Below are positions 41,847 through 63,062 of a stretch of 64,000 nucleotides of DNA, one piece after another; within the stretch, counting starts at the first letter, position 1; every line of letters begins with the position of its first letter. Under the pieces are notes generated by a model. That model saw nothing but the letters and a program-made list of their open reading frames with translations, did no database searches and was not told the origin of the DNA. The translations under genes and the position numbers were made by a program. Location: the NCBI GenBank assembly GCA_904063045.1, contig CAJFCJ010000015.1, positions 620,001 to 684,000 on the forward strand. The letters run 5' to 3'. The stretch comes from Dimorphilus gyrociliatus (lineage: Eukaryota; Animalia; Annelida).

Positions 41847-44800
41847 ATGGTTAAAATGCTTTCGAAAGGTAAGATAATTAATTTCTCTCTTTTTGTCAGT
41901 TTAAATTAATTCAAAAAAAAGGAAAGTAGAAACTTATAATTTATTAATTTTAGTATTTAGACTTTTTTTAACTATTATAAAATTCTATTGCTTCTTTTCA
42001 ATATCAAGATCAGTGTTACGATTAAAAAATCTATAATATAATTGGTATTCTAATTCGATATTAAGGCTTAGTATAACAATTGAAAATCTTTTTCTTTTTC
42101 ACAAGTTCCGATAATCAAACAGTAAGATATATATATACTGTATATAGTATTGGAACAATATTTCAGTATAACATACAAATTTCTTACCACAAATCACGTT
42201 GTAATTGTTGAACGACTTTAATTTTTATGTCAAAGGATCTTTAATAAACGAATTCTATTGAATTCAGTTGAACTTATCAATTGGATTGTGCCTTATAACT
42301 CTCTCTTGGCTACCTTTGAAATTATTTTTATATCCTGTTCTTATTTGAAATAGATCACAAAGTAATTAAGTAGCTAAATACATACTAATGTAAATAGATA
42401 TACAAGTCATATTTAAAAAAATTAACGTTTATTAATGATTTTCTTAGTTTTTGTTGTTTAACAAAAAAAAGGTTTTTAATACTTGAACTAGAGCGGTTGT
42501 CAGTTGAACGTGACTATTCGTCGAGCCTGATTGCTTTTAAGCAGGCAGTTTTATTATGCTTTATAACTCATTGAGAAGACTGAGAAGACTCAAAATTTTG
42601 CGAACGGCCTTTTCGGTTTTGTACAATGGGACGGGGGACAGAGAATATTTTTTTATTGATGGCTAAACTATGAATATATATAAATATCTATCAGTTCAAT
42701 GTCTCTTCGGACGACTAATATCTGTCTTTTTGCTTTATTTTAGCTACTATTCTAATTTTGGTCATCGCTTCGTTCGTTAAACCCACCGTAAGCTCTGAAG
42801 AGGAACCGGTGGCTTTAAATTTATTTCAGAGCTTGTTGCCAGATGATATATTAGTTGTATCGGGTGAAGAAGACTGTATACCAAATCCTTGTAAGCATGG
42901 AGGAACTTGTCGAATAGATTCAACAACAGGAGGAAGAGTATGTGACTGTTTTATAGGTATATATTATTCAAATCATTAAACCTAGTGTCATATAATAAAA
43001 TTCTCAATTAAGGCTACTCTGGTAACGAATGTGAGACGGACTTGTGTGGAGTCCTCAGCTACTGTAATAGTGAAAATGAGCAGGGCTATTGCGACGTACC
43101 CGCTGACGGGTCCATTCCATCATGTGTCTGCTTTGAAGGTTATTCTGGTCAAAAATGCCAAACAATAGGTAAAGATATATTAAGTAAACTATATTTGAAT
43201 GTGTACAATTTATAAAATTTTTATGACAGATATATGTATTGTTGCGAATCCTTGCGTGTCAGGCACGTGTGTTAACAATGGGCAGTGCGAATGCCCTACC
43301 TCTGTCACGGGAAGAAAAATAAAGTTTGGAGATAAATGCCAATTCAGTAATTAATAAATAATCCAAGTTATTGCTTTATATTGACGAACATCATTTCTTT
43401 TCTATAGTTAATCCCTGTTTCTCTCAACCTTGTCAAAACGGAGGAACTTGCGAACCGAATGTTGTAGACAATGAACCTACGTATAACTGTAATTGTGACG
43501 GAAACTACGAAGGAGATTTATGCGAAAAACGTAAGAATTTTAAAGATTCTTATTCAATTATAATATATCATTAATTAATACTTTTCGAACAATTTCAGCT
43601 CAACTCGTTAAATTATATCCCTACTTAGGAGTTGGTACACCAATTGATTTCCCAACAAAAGACAATGACCATTTTGAAATTGATCTTCATCAACCTTTCA
43701 AGATTTTCTGCTCAGAAGTCAATTCTATTTTTGTAAGTTCAACATTATTAGCACATTGGATTTTTTATTTTAGATGTTTTATTTATATTAGGTGAATGTG
43801 AATGGTTACGTCTCTTTGGGAACAGAATTTGATAGAAATTCCATTACTTTAAACCGCTTTATTACTCCTCAGAGTAACATTTTTGTTCCAGTGCTAGCTC
43901 CATTTTGGGTTGACGCAATGGCAGAAACATTTGGTAGTTCTTATGGTCAAGTCTATTACAGTCAATATAGTATTAACGAAGCTGAGAATAGTGAAATGGC
44001 TAGATATGTTTTTTCTCTTGCCAAACACGATATTGTTGATCAGGGTGTAGATCCTCAGTTCGAACCAGATTGGATTATGATTGTCACATGGGATAAGATG
44101 AGGAATATGCCGGCTATTAATCAGTACAATACTTTCCAATTGGTTATGGTGCAAGACAGCGCTAGGGAAGTAGTTTATGTTTTCTTCCTCTTTGACACAT
44201 TGGGATGGAAATTTAATTCATACGCTGTTAGTCTTGGGGTTGTAAGCGGCGTTAGAGGTGTTACAATCCATGGAAATGGTTACAGAAGTATCACTTTTAG
44301 GGGTAGTAAACCAGCATTGTTTAGACTAGATACATTTGCCGGCAATTTTCCTGATAAGAGGACTGGTCGATACTACTTTAAAGTTAATTATCCTTCTGGT
44401 ACACAATGCTTAGCGCCTGCAACTCCTGAATCTAAATGCTTTGGATGGGCTGCTCAACAAACTAATTGGAATTTTGTGTCCCTAAATAGACGAGCGTTTT
44501 CAATAAGAGCTAGAGCGTGTCCATGTTCTGAAAGAACTATTAGATCTATGGGATATTTCAAGAGATGGCGTAGAAGTAGTAGTAGACCTCTTCATTTTAT
44601 TGACAATTCATTTAGGGAACGCTGTTATACAAGCCGTTTCACTAGATTAGGGTCGGAAGGTATTGTTTGCTGTTATAGAGGCGTTTTTGGAACATATCAA
44701 CTTGCAAAGAGTGTCTTGGTCTTGAACAATCCAAATGTGCGCAGAAGTTATGATGATTTTGCTGCTGATGACTATGTGGGCTATGATAATTGCTGTAGAA

Positions 44801-47800
44801 AGAGCAATCTTTGTGCCATTTTCTTAAGGCATAGGATGTGGAATATTTGTAGGAATCCTTTTGTTCGATGGGCTTTCTTTTTCGGAGATCCACATATAAC
44901 TACTATTGATGGTAGAGGTTATACATTCAATGGTCTTGGAGAGTACACGCTATTGAAGTACGGAAGTGCCTCAAACACAGAATTTGATTTACAGGCCAGA
45001 ACTGCCAGAGCTATCGATAAAAATAACAAAGCATCACTTGCTACAGTCTTTACTGCAGTAACAGGAGTTGATATTAAAACAAATCATGCTGGATTTGTGG
45101 GTCTTAAAGAAGGAACTCAAAATGAAATAGAAATTCTTGTTAGATTAGATTCAGACACTTGGATTGACAAAACTGCTGATTTTTCCAGTGCCAATTCTGA
45201 TGAAGAGTTAGAAGAGTTAGGTGAATACTTAACTATTAAAAAGAATGGCAATTCCAGCGTGGAATTATACTTCTCTGAGAGTGATCTACGTCTTGGCGTC
45301 ACTGCTGAGTTGGGTCAAATTACTTTGTCTGTTGTGATCGGGGACAGCTGGAAAGCAACAGCTGAGAAGAAAACTCAAGGATTATATGGTCTATTCGACG
45401 GCGATGACACTAATGACTTTTTAAAATCAGATGGAACCACTCTGAGTAAAGACGCTTCTGAATCAGAGATATATTCGGAATTTGGAGAATCATGGAAAAT
45501 TAGTAAACCAACTTCTAGAATGTACTATAAAAATGGACAAGATGCTAACACGTTTATTGATACAACCTTTAGACCCATTTTCAAAGATGAGTTTTCTGCT
45601 GAACAAGTTAAAGCTGCTGAAGATAAGTGCGGTGGACCAGATAAAATATCCTGTGTTTATGATTTTCTGGCAACTGGAAAGGAGGATGTAGCCGAAGCGG
45701 CAAAGAAATCTTCTGAGGATACTCAAGAAATAAATAAACTCAGTAACAACAATCCTCCAAATATCACAATTGAAAGTGGTGTAGTTATTAAAGATCAAAT
45801 CACATATTGGGCTATTACTGCTGGTGAAAAGGCTGAAATTTTGGTAAGATAAGCAATCGTTTTTTAATTTTTTTATACTAATTTTAATTTCTTATTATTT
45901 TCAGTTTTCTGTAGTCGACTCTGATAAAGATGACGAAGTCTCCCTACGAATTGAAGATATACCTCCAGGAGCAACAGTCGATGGTCTAAAACTCACATGG
46001 ACTAATCCAGACACGACTGACGTATTACCATCTGTCAAAGCTTATGCAATAGATAAGTTGAATGCAACATCCAGCTCAATATTAATTCAAATTCGTTATT
46101 GCGGTTGTCAAAATACCAATCCGAACAAAGCAAAATGTAATTTCGATAAAATAGCAAAAAATACTAATTCTACAAATGAATATATGAGGGCACTCTGCAA
46201 TTGTGATGTAGGATGGACTGGTTCATACTGCGATATCGATTTTGACGCTTGCGATAGTCCATCCCCATGCCCTGTTAACTGCACAGATAAAACACCTGCT
46301 GAACAGAAGGCATCAAATTTAGCTTATCAATGTGAAGGATGTCCTACTGGTCTAACTATGAATAACGATAAAACCAAATGTATTGATGAAGACGAATGCT
46401 TATCTAATTCAGCATGTGGAGCCAATACAAAATGTGCAAATACAGATGGTAGTTATGAGTGTTTATGTGAAGCTGGATATGAAAAAGCTATTTCTGGTGA
46501 CAAAAGTTGTACTAACGTTAATGAGTGTGAAAAAGGATTATCGGATTGTCCCTTCATATGCGAGGACACACCAGGTAATTTCACGTGCCAGTGTCCCCCA
46601 GGCTATGAAGATAAAAATTCCGATGGAAAAAGCTGTAAAGTGCTGGCCACTTTGCAGCAAGAATGTGACCAGATGCCTACTCCATGCGCCAATAGCCAGT
46701 GTGAATATGTGACAGGAAATTCAGGAAGCGTTCATTGCGTATGCGATAGTCGCCATCAATTAAAAGCCGACCAGGTCACTTGTGAAGGTAATGAAATATG
46801 ATTAATTATCTGAACAATTCCATAAATGATACATTTCCATAACATTAGATTTCGATGAATGCTCGGATAATAGTAGGAATAATTGCGATCTAACTCTGTC
46901 AACTTGCAATAATACTGATGGAGATTATGATTGTGTTTGCAAAGCCGGCTACAAATGGGCAGCAGAATCCAAAAAGACTTGTGAAGAATGCGATCCAGGT
47001 ACTTGGGGCATCAATTGCGCTAATACTTGCAATTGCAAAATTGGTACTGACTGTGATCCGGCATCTGGTTGTACTGAATGTGAGAATGGTTATGGACCTT
47101 TACCATATTGCAATGAAGATATCAACGAATGTGAGCTAATAGCCGATAGATGCGGAAGTCATGGCTCTTGTAAAAACCTTAATGGTACATTCAAGTGTAT
47201 CTGCGATAATGGTTATACGTGGCCTAGCCTAAATTCCACTTGCATAGATATAGATGAATGTAAAATAGAGAAATTGAATATATGCCAAGACATTTGTGAG
47301 AATTTAAATGGATCTTTTAAATGTGGATGCTTCGTTGGACACAAATTAAACAACGACAATTTTACTTGTTACGAAGTCAATGAGTGTAATTCGAACCCCT
47401 GCAGAAATGGAGGAGCATGCATAAACAATATTAATTCATTTTCTTGTAACTGCAAGACCGGTTTCTATGGAAGAATATGTGAAAATGGTAAGATTTTTTT
47501 AGAGATAATTAGTTTATCAATTAAATAAAATCTTTTATATTTAAATAGAATACGTTGAAAAGTTTTACATCGTTGAATTCCTATTGAAAGAAGCTTATTT
47601 TAGCGATAATTCCGAACTAAAACAAAATATTTCCAAAGAATTATCAATCTTTTATAACGAGCAGTTTGGTGCTAATTATACTGGTTTAGCAAACGTTGTT
47701 TTGAAGTGAGTACACTTTAAGAAAGCAAATTAATTAATTAATTTACATTTTAACATTTTACTTTTTAGTGAATTAAATAAACAATTCAAATTTGAGGGAA

Positions 47801-50800
47801 AATTTAAAGTTCTTCATCCAGACAATGTTACTGAATTAGTAAATGGATCGATTCTTCTTAAGGAATTTATACGAAAGTTTAAGAATAAGAATATTGGACA
47901 ATATAGTTACGCACTTAACAGCGTTAAACAGGATAGTAAGTATTCATATTATCTATTAATAATATGTTGGTTAATTACACAATTTCATTTTCAATAGCCG
48001 CAACTACGGTAAATCTTGAAGGAAGTTTTGTGCTTAGTTCGTTGTCTTATGTTATTGACTACGCAAATCCTTTAAGTTCACTTGCTGTTGAGTTAGAAAC
48101 CAAGATAACCAATGCGGTATTTATTCTTTTGTCTATCATTCAAGTACTTAATGATTATCTTACAAAATTTTTGCGTTTGCTATTAGGTAAAAGATTTCTA
48201 TAGTAATCACTTTGGTCCGGATAATTATTTAGGAGTCGACGCGTTTTCGTATACGTAAGTTTTATCACTTTGAAATCAATTAATTTTATTACACAGCCTT
48301 AATGTATCTTTGCAGAAACTATACGGATACTAGTACCGTGAGAGTAAGATATGTCATTGTACTTGAAGAGTCAGTTAATAGGAGAGAATTAGTCAATGCA
48401 TTCAATGTAACAGTTTTGATGGGAACTGATACAATACAAGGGACTGACCTTACAGTAATTAGGCGTACTGTATTTCAAGGAGTACTTATTCAACTGCCTT
48501 TCGCTACCATCGATGCTACTTTCGTTCTAACCAATGAAAAATATAATGATGCCTTCTCTGAAACAACGACTAGCCAGTATAAAACCTTAAGACAATCTAT
48601 TATTGTGAATATTGAACCAAGATATAAAAATTCTCTTGACGATTATGACGAAATGGGTGATGTTACTTTCGAAGAAGCTGCAAATAGCAATATTCAAGTA
48701 AAGTTTCCCGTTAAAATACTTCCTGAAAAGGCTAAACCAAATTTGGCAAAGATATCTATCGAATTCATTGAAAATTCCAAGAGAACTGATGCTACTCGTG
48801 TCATCAAGGACTTAACTTTAATTACTTCGAGTATTTCTCACGATAGTAAGGTATTTTCTACAGCTTTATGTGAAATCCAAACAAGCAATCAAGCTTGGTC
48901 AGCGTCTATGTCTGATGTATCACACTCGGATGCAACAGCTATAATCAACAAGATTAAGAATGCTGTTGAACAGTTTTACAAAGATGAATTTAGTACAAAA
49001 TATTTAGGTATTTTTAACTGGAAATTGAGGTAAATTATTAATAAATTATTCATTTTTGAGATATCTACATCTAATCTAATCATCGAAATTACAGTGATGT
49101 TTCTGGTAAAGTGATGGCTTCATATGAAGTAGGAATATCTCAACAAATCATTGATGGAAATGATCTGGTTAATAAGTTCTACACAACGATAATGAAATCA
49201 TCAAATACATTAGGCAGCACAGATATAGAAGTTGATACAACAACTCTAAGACAAGAAGAAAAACTACCACAACCTGTTAGCTCCTTTGATGCTGAAGCAA
49301 TAATTACAAATGAACCTTGGAAGGCAACTTTTGCTGATGCAGGCCATCAAGATTACACAGATCTAAAGAATAAAATAGATACTGCGGTAAATATTATTTT
49401 AAACATATTATGCGTATAATCAGTAATAAATGATGTTTTTTATCATTTTAGCTTTTACCAATTTACAATAATGCTGATTCGATTTCAAGCAATCTGTTGA
49501 AATCATTGTCTGACTATCAATTTTCTGAAGCTAGTAATTCACAAACAAAAGTTACTTACAAAGCTACTGCCAAAGATGGCCAAAAATTTGAATACGATAA
49601 TATTACAAAGCTTTTACGTTATTTCTTAAAAACATCAGAGAAAGTATCAAGAACAGAACGAAAAATTGGAAATGTTAATATTGAAACTTTGTCCTTCAAA
49701 ACAAATGGGCGATTTGGTCAAGTTACTATGGGAGAGTTTATTATCTATAATGAAGATTTCAGTTCAGCTTTGTCGAATACAGCATCTGCCGCTTATACAG
49801 AGCTCAAAAATAAATTAACAGCTTCAATAGAACCATTTTACACTTCGTATTTCGGTACAAAATTCTTGGATACTTTCAATTGGAAATTCGAAGATCATTC
49901 TAGTGATATAAAAGTATCATATGAGATTTCAGTTCTCTTACAAATTATTCCTAATGATTTTGTTGTTAAATTTGACGATTCTATCTTGAAAAATGGCGAA
50001 ACTATCAACAATACTAATTATTTGGTTACGAGAAGAAGCGTTATCCAAGATATTCAATTACCACTGCCACCAGCACTACAATTCGATATGCTTTTTATTT
50101 CGAGTGATATTGTCAAACAGAATGACAAATATAACTCAGATACAGCACCAGAATCAATCGCTCTAAAGACAAAAGTAGAGGATTACTTTAAATCTCTTCC
50201 AGAATTTAAAGAAATTTTTGATGCTATTAATACCATCACTTTTGCTAAAGACTCAGATGACAAACTTAAAATGTCATTTAAAGTTGCCATTTATCAAGGA
50301 AAAACTCTTCCGACCATTACTGAAATTTACAAGATTATCCTATTAAGCTCGAGTCGCGATACTTATGACTCAAGAACATTAGGTACACTCCTTGTTAAAC
50401 CCGATTCCATCGTTCTCACAGATAAAGATAGTGTAACACCTACTTTAACTTCTTTCTGGGTTAAATTTATCGTCGCTAACAAGAAGTGGATCGTTGACTA
50501 TGAAACTTCAACATCGTCTCCTTATACCGACTTCAAGAAAGAAATCACTGATGTTTTGAATCCCTTCTTTTTAAACACACTCAAATTAACAAATGTAGAA
50601 ACGTTCCTATTTACATTAAAGAATGCATCATCAAATACTCAAGTATCTTTGGAAGTTCTTTACAAGACAGGTGGCAATCCAGATATTACTCAATTTGATA
50701 ACTCTGTTCTTTCAAATAAAGACATATTTGGAAACACATCATATACAATTATTAGATCTTCTGTTTATTTCAATGGTAATTATTAGAATTGTTATAAGTG

Positions 50801-53309
50801 ATAGTGTTAATCAATTTATTTTTTCAACTTCTTTTAAAGGTTTCCTGCCAAACAAGGAGATTACTTTCAGTGCAACAATCAAACTTGATTGGAAGGCTGA
50901 ATATGAGACAGTTGGATCCTCCGAATATAAGACGTTGTCCGCTAATCTGGCAATAGCTTTGAAAGACGGATTTACAAAGGAATCTATCTTAGGAAATGAT
51001 TTTATTGGAGCAAGTGATATAACTTTCACTAGGGTTTCTAAAAAATTTACTGGTGTTAGTGGAAAATTGAAGCATAGCGCAAATGAACTGCCAGATATGG
51101 CTGGTCTATTAGATAAATTGATAAAGGAAACAGAAAATGATAAAAATACCCTCAAGTTTGGAAATTATAAACTATTGATAAGATCAATCAGTTTGAATGG
51201 CAAAGAGATTGAAGTACTCCCATCCCTGGTAACATTTACTTATACATATAACGAAAATATGAAAGATCTTGCCTCGACGGAAGCTAAAGACGTAATCCAA
51301 AAAATAAGAGCGGAACTAACTCCTTTCTATCAAAATAGATACGGAGCGTCCTTCAGTACACTAGTTATCCTAGCTCTATTTAAAGGTTCCGTTCAAGCAT
51401 CAACACTGGTTACTCTAACAAACTCTCCAAGTGTTGATGACAAAAATACACTATTCACAGACCTTGTTGAATACTCGAAAAATAAGGACGCTATTAATGA
51501 AAATAAAGTAGCAATTTCTGGAAAGGCTTCGTCAGAATTGGGCAATAACACACTAATAACTATCTACCTCAAAGATTTTTCAAAGCAGCTGACTTCAGAG
51601 GAAGGAGAAAGTGTTATTACTAGTATAAAGGCTAATGTACCAACAATGTTAAGTGATGCTGGTATTTCCGTTTTGGAAATTAGTGTTGAAACTCCAGAAT
51701 TTATAAGTATTTCTAAAGGCACAAAAGCCTCATTTTCAGTGAAAACTATAGGAACTAGCGAAACAGAAATTGAGCAAGTCTTCAAAGACAACACAAAGAT
51801 TGGCACCTACAGCTATAACAGCAACATAGATACAACGACTGGATATGCAGAAAGTGAAAAGCTCAGTTTCGAAGGTACTGTTGATGTAGCGTGGAGTAAA
51901 GATTTTTTGATAACGACCAGCAGCAAATATACTTCTCTCGTTTTCGAACTGTCAAAGGAAATAAGAAGTGCTTTTAAAGATAATGTATTTGGCGACAATT
52001 ATACCACTACCATAGATTTTGAATTCTCCAAGACTTCATCACTATATCAAACCAATGTTAAAACTACAATTATTCATAAATTTGACACAATACCAGATGT
52101 TTATGGAGTTTTAAGTAAACTTTTTAAAGTTTTAACAGTTGACGGATCTACAGTCGTTTTTGTAAGTCGTAAATTTACTTTAAGATCAATTAAGTTGGAC
52201 AATAAAGGATTGGAAGTCTTACCTGCAATTGTTACTTTCAATTATGATTATAAGGAGCAAATGAAAGATATAGAATCAGCAGAAGCAAAAGATGTTATAC
52301 CAAAAATCAAAAATCAGTTGGAAAATTTCTACTCTTCCATGTATAGAGGACTTTCCACTAGCGTTCATGTCTTGGCCTTACACAGAGGCTCTGTTATAGC
52401 CTCTACTCTAGTCACACTGTCAAGAAGCAGTTTAAGTGATGCCGAATCAAAATCATTGTATGAAGCTTTGATCGATCATGCAAAGAATAACTCTAACATA
52501 GATGCTACCCGAATATCTCTTAACAATAGAGCAACTCAAAAGTTTGGTATAAGAGTTCTCCTGAAAATGCATATAACCAGCAGAAAGGATGGTGTATCAC
52601 TTTCTAGTTTCAATGAAGACGACCAAAACAAGATAAAACATCATTTACTTCATATTCTTGTTGAGAATGGCTATTCTATTATATTTATTGAACCAAAAAG
52701 TATGACAAAAGCAAATGTAGGAGTGACTGTAGAAAATGAGATAACTGGTCTTGGACTCAATGCCACCGAAGTGGAAGAGTTTATTAAAAAGCTTGATAGT
52801 ATAGATACCTACAATCTTAATCATAATGGTACTGTTGTAGAAGTAATTGAAGAAGAAAGCGATAAGAAAGTTTTATATATTATCGTTGGAGTTATAGTCT
52901 TTGTTATTGTTGTAATTATGATTGCTACCTTTACACTATGCTATTGTAGGAAGCGTATTGAAAGAGCCGATAATCAAACGCTCACATCAGACCAGCAGTC
53001 AAGCATTTATAGTGGTGGTTTGGGTCGTCCTAAATCCAGATTCCATTGGCAAGATACTGGAAGCAGTATTGAGTCTAACTCTGATATTGGACAATCTGTA
53101 GAACATGTTACTCCAGCACGACATGTTGATTGGGGTGTGTTATCGAAACAGGCCAAAAATCAAGACAGAAAGATACATTCGAGAAGTTCGAATGAACATC
53201 CACATCAGGCATCTGGATGGGTAAGTTATAAAATAAAAGGCAAATAATCAACATCTCATTAATATATATGTCTTTTTCCTATTTAAAATAGTCATGGCAA
53301 CCGCTATAA
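41847..53309 (+). CDS. Large multi-exon type-I transmembrane mucin-like protein: signal peptide, EGF repeats, NIDO, AMOP, VWD, Ca-binding EGF array, ~10-12 SEA-like modules, TM helix, short cytoplasmic tail
   Basis: Exon 1 (41847-41868) spliced to 42744 gives MVKMLSKATILILVIASFVKPTVSS. NIDO: VLAPFWVD, WIMIVTW, NTFQLV. AMOP: CPCS...CCY. VWD: FGDPHITTIDG. Many DxDEC EGF units. Repeated SEA-like starts (e.g. YNEDFSSALSNTASAAYTELK). TM: VLYIIVGVIVFVIVVIMIATFTLCYC. The last exon and stop (53292-53309) are uncertain. Confidence 0.85.
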
Positions 53310-53800
53310 AGTTCAAGAATACATAGTGCATGTACCAAGGCCGTTCAACTTGAAAAAAGAACCATTAGATAAAAACGAACTATGACTGCAAAATGAACAG
53401 TGCAATAATTATATTTGTTTTTATTATTTTATTTTTGCTATGTTTATATTCTTTTGAATATTGTTTTATTTATGATTTTTTTATGTGGGCATTTAAGTTG
53501 GGTTTTATTCTTAAGTTCTGAAAATGAAAGAATAAACTTAGATAAAAAATAATAGCATATTTTTTGTTATAAATATTGAACCAATAGATGGCGGGCTTAC
53601 ATTATTAACCAATGAGCGCTCGAAATTTAAAATATTTCAAGTTGACCGTCTGCCGCTTTTACATTCCTTTGGTCACGTGACAACACTATGTCGGCCGCCT
53701 ACTAAAAGGAGGGCTTGTGTGATTTTTGAGTGTAGTTTTCAGCATTTTACGCCACTAAATCGTTCTATTTCCGCCCAGTTAAGGAGATTAGATTTCGAAT

Positions 53801-60715
<6,915 letters not shown>

Positions 60716-61133
60716 AATTAAAATCTTTTTGCTGTGCATCTGCCTTATTCAAGTTTCTTACTAGCTTAGTAAAATAAAAATTACTTAAAAATATAATAAG
60801 CGTTCTTAACGTACATTGTACTTCCCTTTTCCACCGTAAGTAAAACGTTTGTTGTTTGTAACGACCGTAGCTTTGCCTATTCGCCTGTTTGTTTTAATTT
60901 TTCATACAATGTTCATCCACGTTTTGTTGCATGCGGTTTTATGCGTGCCGAATATACTATCGGCTATTATATTGACTATTATTAATGTTCAAACCAGCGT
61001 CACATTTATTTTCAAAAACAAAAAAAAACTATTGAGTAACTAAGCTGAGGTGACGTCCCTCTTGAAAATGTTTAAGCAATAAATATATACTTTCAATACA
61101 TTTGAAAAAATTAAATTAAACGAGTAATATATT

Positions 61134-62425
61134 ATGAGTATTAACATTCCTACTGATCCTGGTACTCTTCTAATAGGAGATACTATCATGAGGTACAAAA
61201 TTGTTAAAAAATTAGGCCAAGGATCATTTGGTCAAGTGTACGAGGGTAAGATTAGATGATTTATAGGCCTAAAATGAAAACAACTGTTTACCACAGCCGA
61301 TAATATGGAAAGGTTTCAACCGTTTAAAGTTGCAATTAAAGTCGAAGTGAAAGATCCTTTCTCTAAAGGACAAGGTATAAAAATGGACAAAGAAGTGTTA
61401 AAGAGTGTCAGGAGTTTAAGTGAAGCCAATCAATTCTTTTGCCAATACTACGGGTCAGGATATTGCGAATTACGCAATTACTATTATGTAATTATGTCGA
61501 TTGAAGGACGTAACATTTCCGAATTAAGAAAGAATAGACCAAATTTCAAGTTTACTTTATCAACAGCACTGAGGGTGTAAAAAAACTTTCAACCTTTTTT
61601 ATGATTATTATTCATAAACTTTCCAAACTTTTTCTGCTCTTTTTCTCTCTTCTCAATTCCAAAATATCTTTTGAGATAAAGCCCCATTTGACTTAGGTGG
61701 GTGGTTAGTTTTTATACATCCATTTTGTCAGACTTTCTGAACAAATGCTAAATGCTATCGACTGCCTTCACTCATTCGGTTTCGTACACCGTGATATTAA
61801 ACCTTCTAATTTTGCAATTAAAGATCCAATAAAGAATAGACGTACTGCTATTGTTCTACTTGATTTTGGTCTTACTCGTCGTATTGGGAAGAAGGCTAAA
61901 GGCCATCTAATGATGAGGGAACCTCGCAAGAATCCCGGATTTAGGGGAACTATTCGGTATGCCTCAATAAATGCAATGTTCTTCAATGAACAAGGTTTTC
62001 ACGATGACCTTTGGAGTTGGTTATACGTAACAATCGAAATGATAACCGGTCTATTACCATGGAAACAGGAAAGAGATTTCGTGCGTATAAGAAGAATAAA
62101 AATACAAGAGCTGGAATATCCAACCGTATTAGATGATATCCTTTTTGAGTTCTCGACTATAAAAGGTCACTTAAGAGAGTTGTCTTACGGCGATATACCA
62201 GATTATGGACATCTTCGAGCAAGTATACAAAGTATTATCAAAGCAAAATTAATAGATTATCTGGATAACTTTGATTGGGAACTAACCGAAGATAATAATC
62301 TAAATAGATGTCAAACATTAAATCAACGTGAATCAACATACGCTGAAAAGCAAATAAGTCAAGAAAATAATGTTCCTATTTTCTATATTTTACCAGCTCG
62401 AAAAAGAATAGAGTTTGTGCAATAA
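61134..62425 (+). CDS. TTBK: Short tau-tubulin-kinase-like (CK1 superfamily) kinase, ~360 aa; exons 61134-61245, 61297-~61577, 61732-62425
   Basis: LGQGSFGQVY, VAIKVE, HRDIKPSNF, LLDFGL, GFRGTIRYASINA, DDLWSWLY. Intron 1 (G|gtaag...cacag|CC) is in frame; the intron 2 donor is ambiguous by a few nt. Confidence 0.8.
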
Positions 62426-62498
62426 TCAATCGTGAATAAATCGTGAATAACCTTCAAAGGTGATATGTAAACTTCTTTCCTTTTTTACTCTTCTAATG

Positions 62499-62532
62499 CT
62501 ATATATATATATATATAAATGCGTGTATATGT

Positions 62533-62575
<43 letters not shown>
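62499..62575. repeat. (TA)n microsatellite between the convergent TTBK-like and CFAP36 3' ends
   Basis: Direct reading. Confidence 0.85.
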
Positions 62576-62578
<3 letters not shown>

Positions 62579-63062
62579 TGTTTTATCTCTTTCAATCTTT
62601 CGCTTCTTTCTCACCTTCATATTTTCATTTCCGTAAGTTTTAAGTCAATTTAACTCGACCATCTTATATTTGTATTTGTTGTTTTTTTTGTGTTTGTTTA
62701 ATTCACAAGGAGAAGATCAGAGGGAAAAAAAAAGAAAATATATATATTAAAGTTATAAAGTGAAGTATAACATTCATATTTTGAGTATTTAACACTTTTT
62801 TTATTGTATAAATATGTTGATTGTACCACGAAAAAACTAGTAGACTGGTTTTGATTTTGCTAATATTAGTATATGTACTTTATCATAAAATTTATGAATG
62901 GTCCAATAATATTCGTACTATTTTAATATAATCAGAATATTTCGTTCATTTTTTTTATTTCATTTATATTTAGATTTTAGATTTTGATTTGTTTTTTTTT
63001 GGTTGATTTCTCTTCTTCGTATCTTTGATTCACTTTTTTTTATATCGTTACTTCATAGTTAC

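Noticed and set aside
53293-53385. Alternative last-exon frame of the mucin-like gene (HGNRYKVQEYIVHVPRP...KNEL*)
   Set aside because: It looks coding but I could not join it in frame with the TGG|gtaagt donor at 53220. Left unresolved; cDNA is needed.
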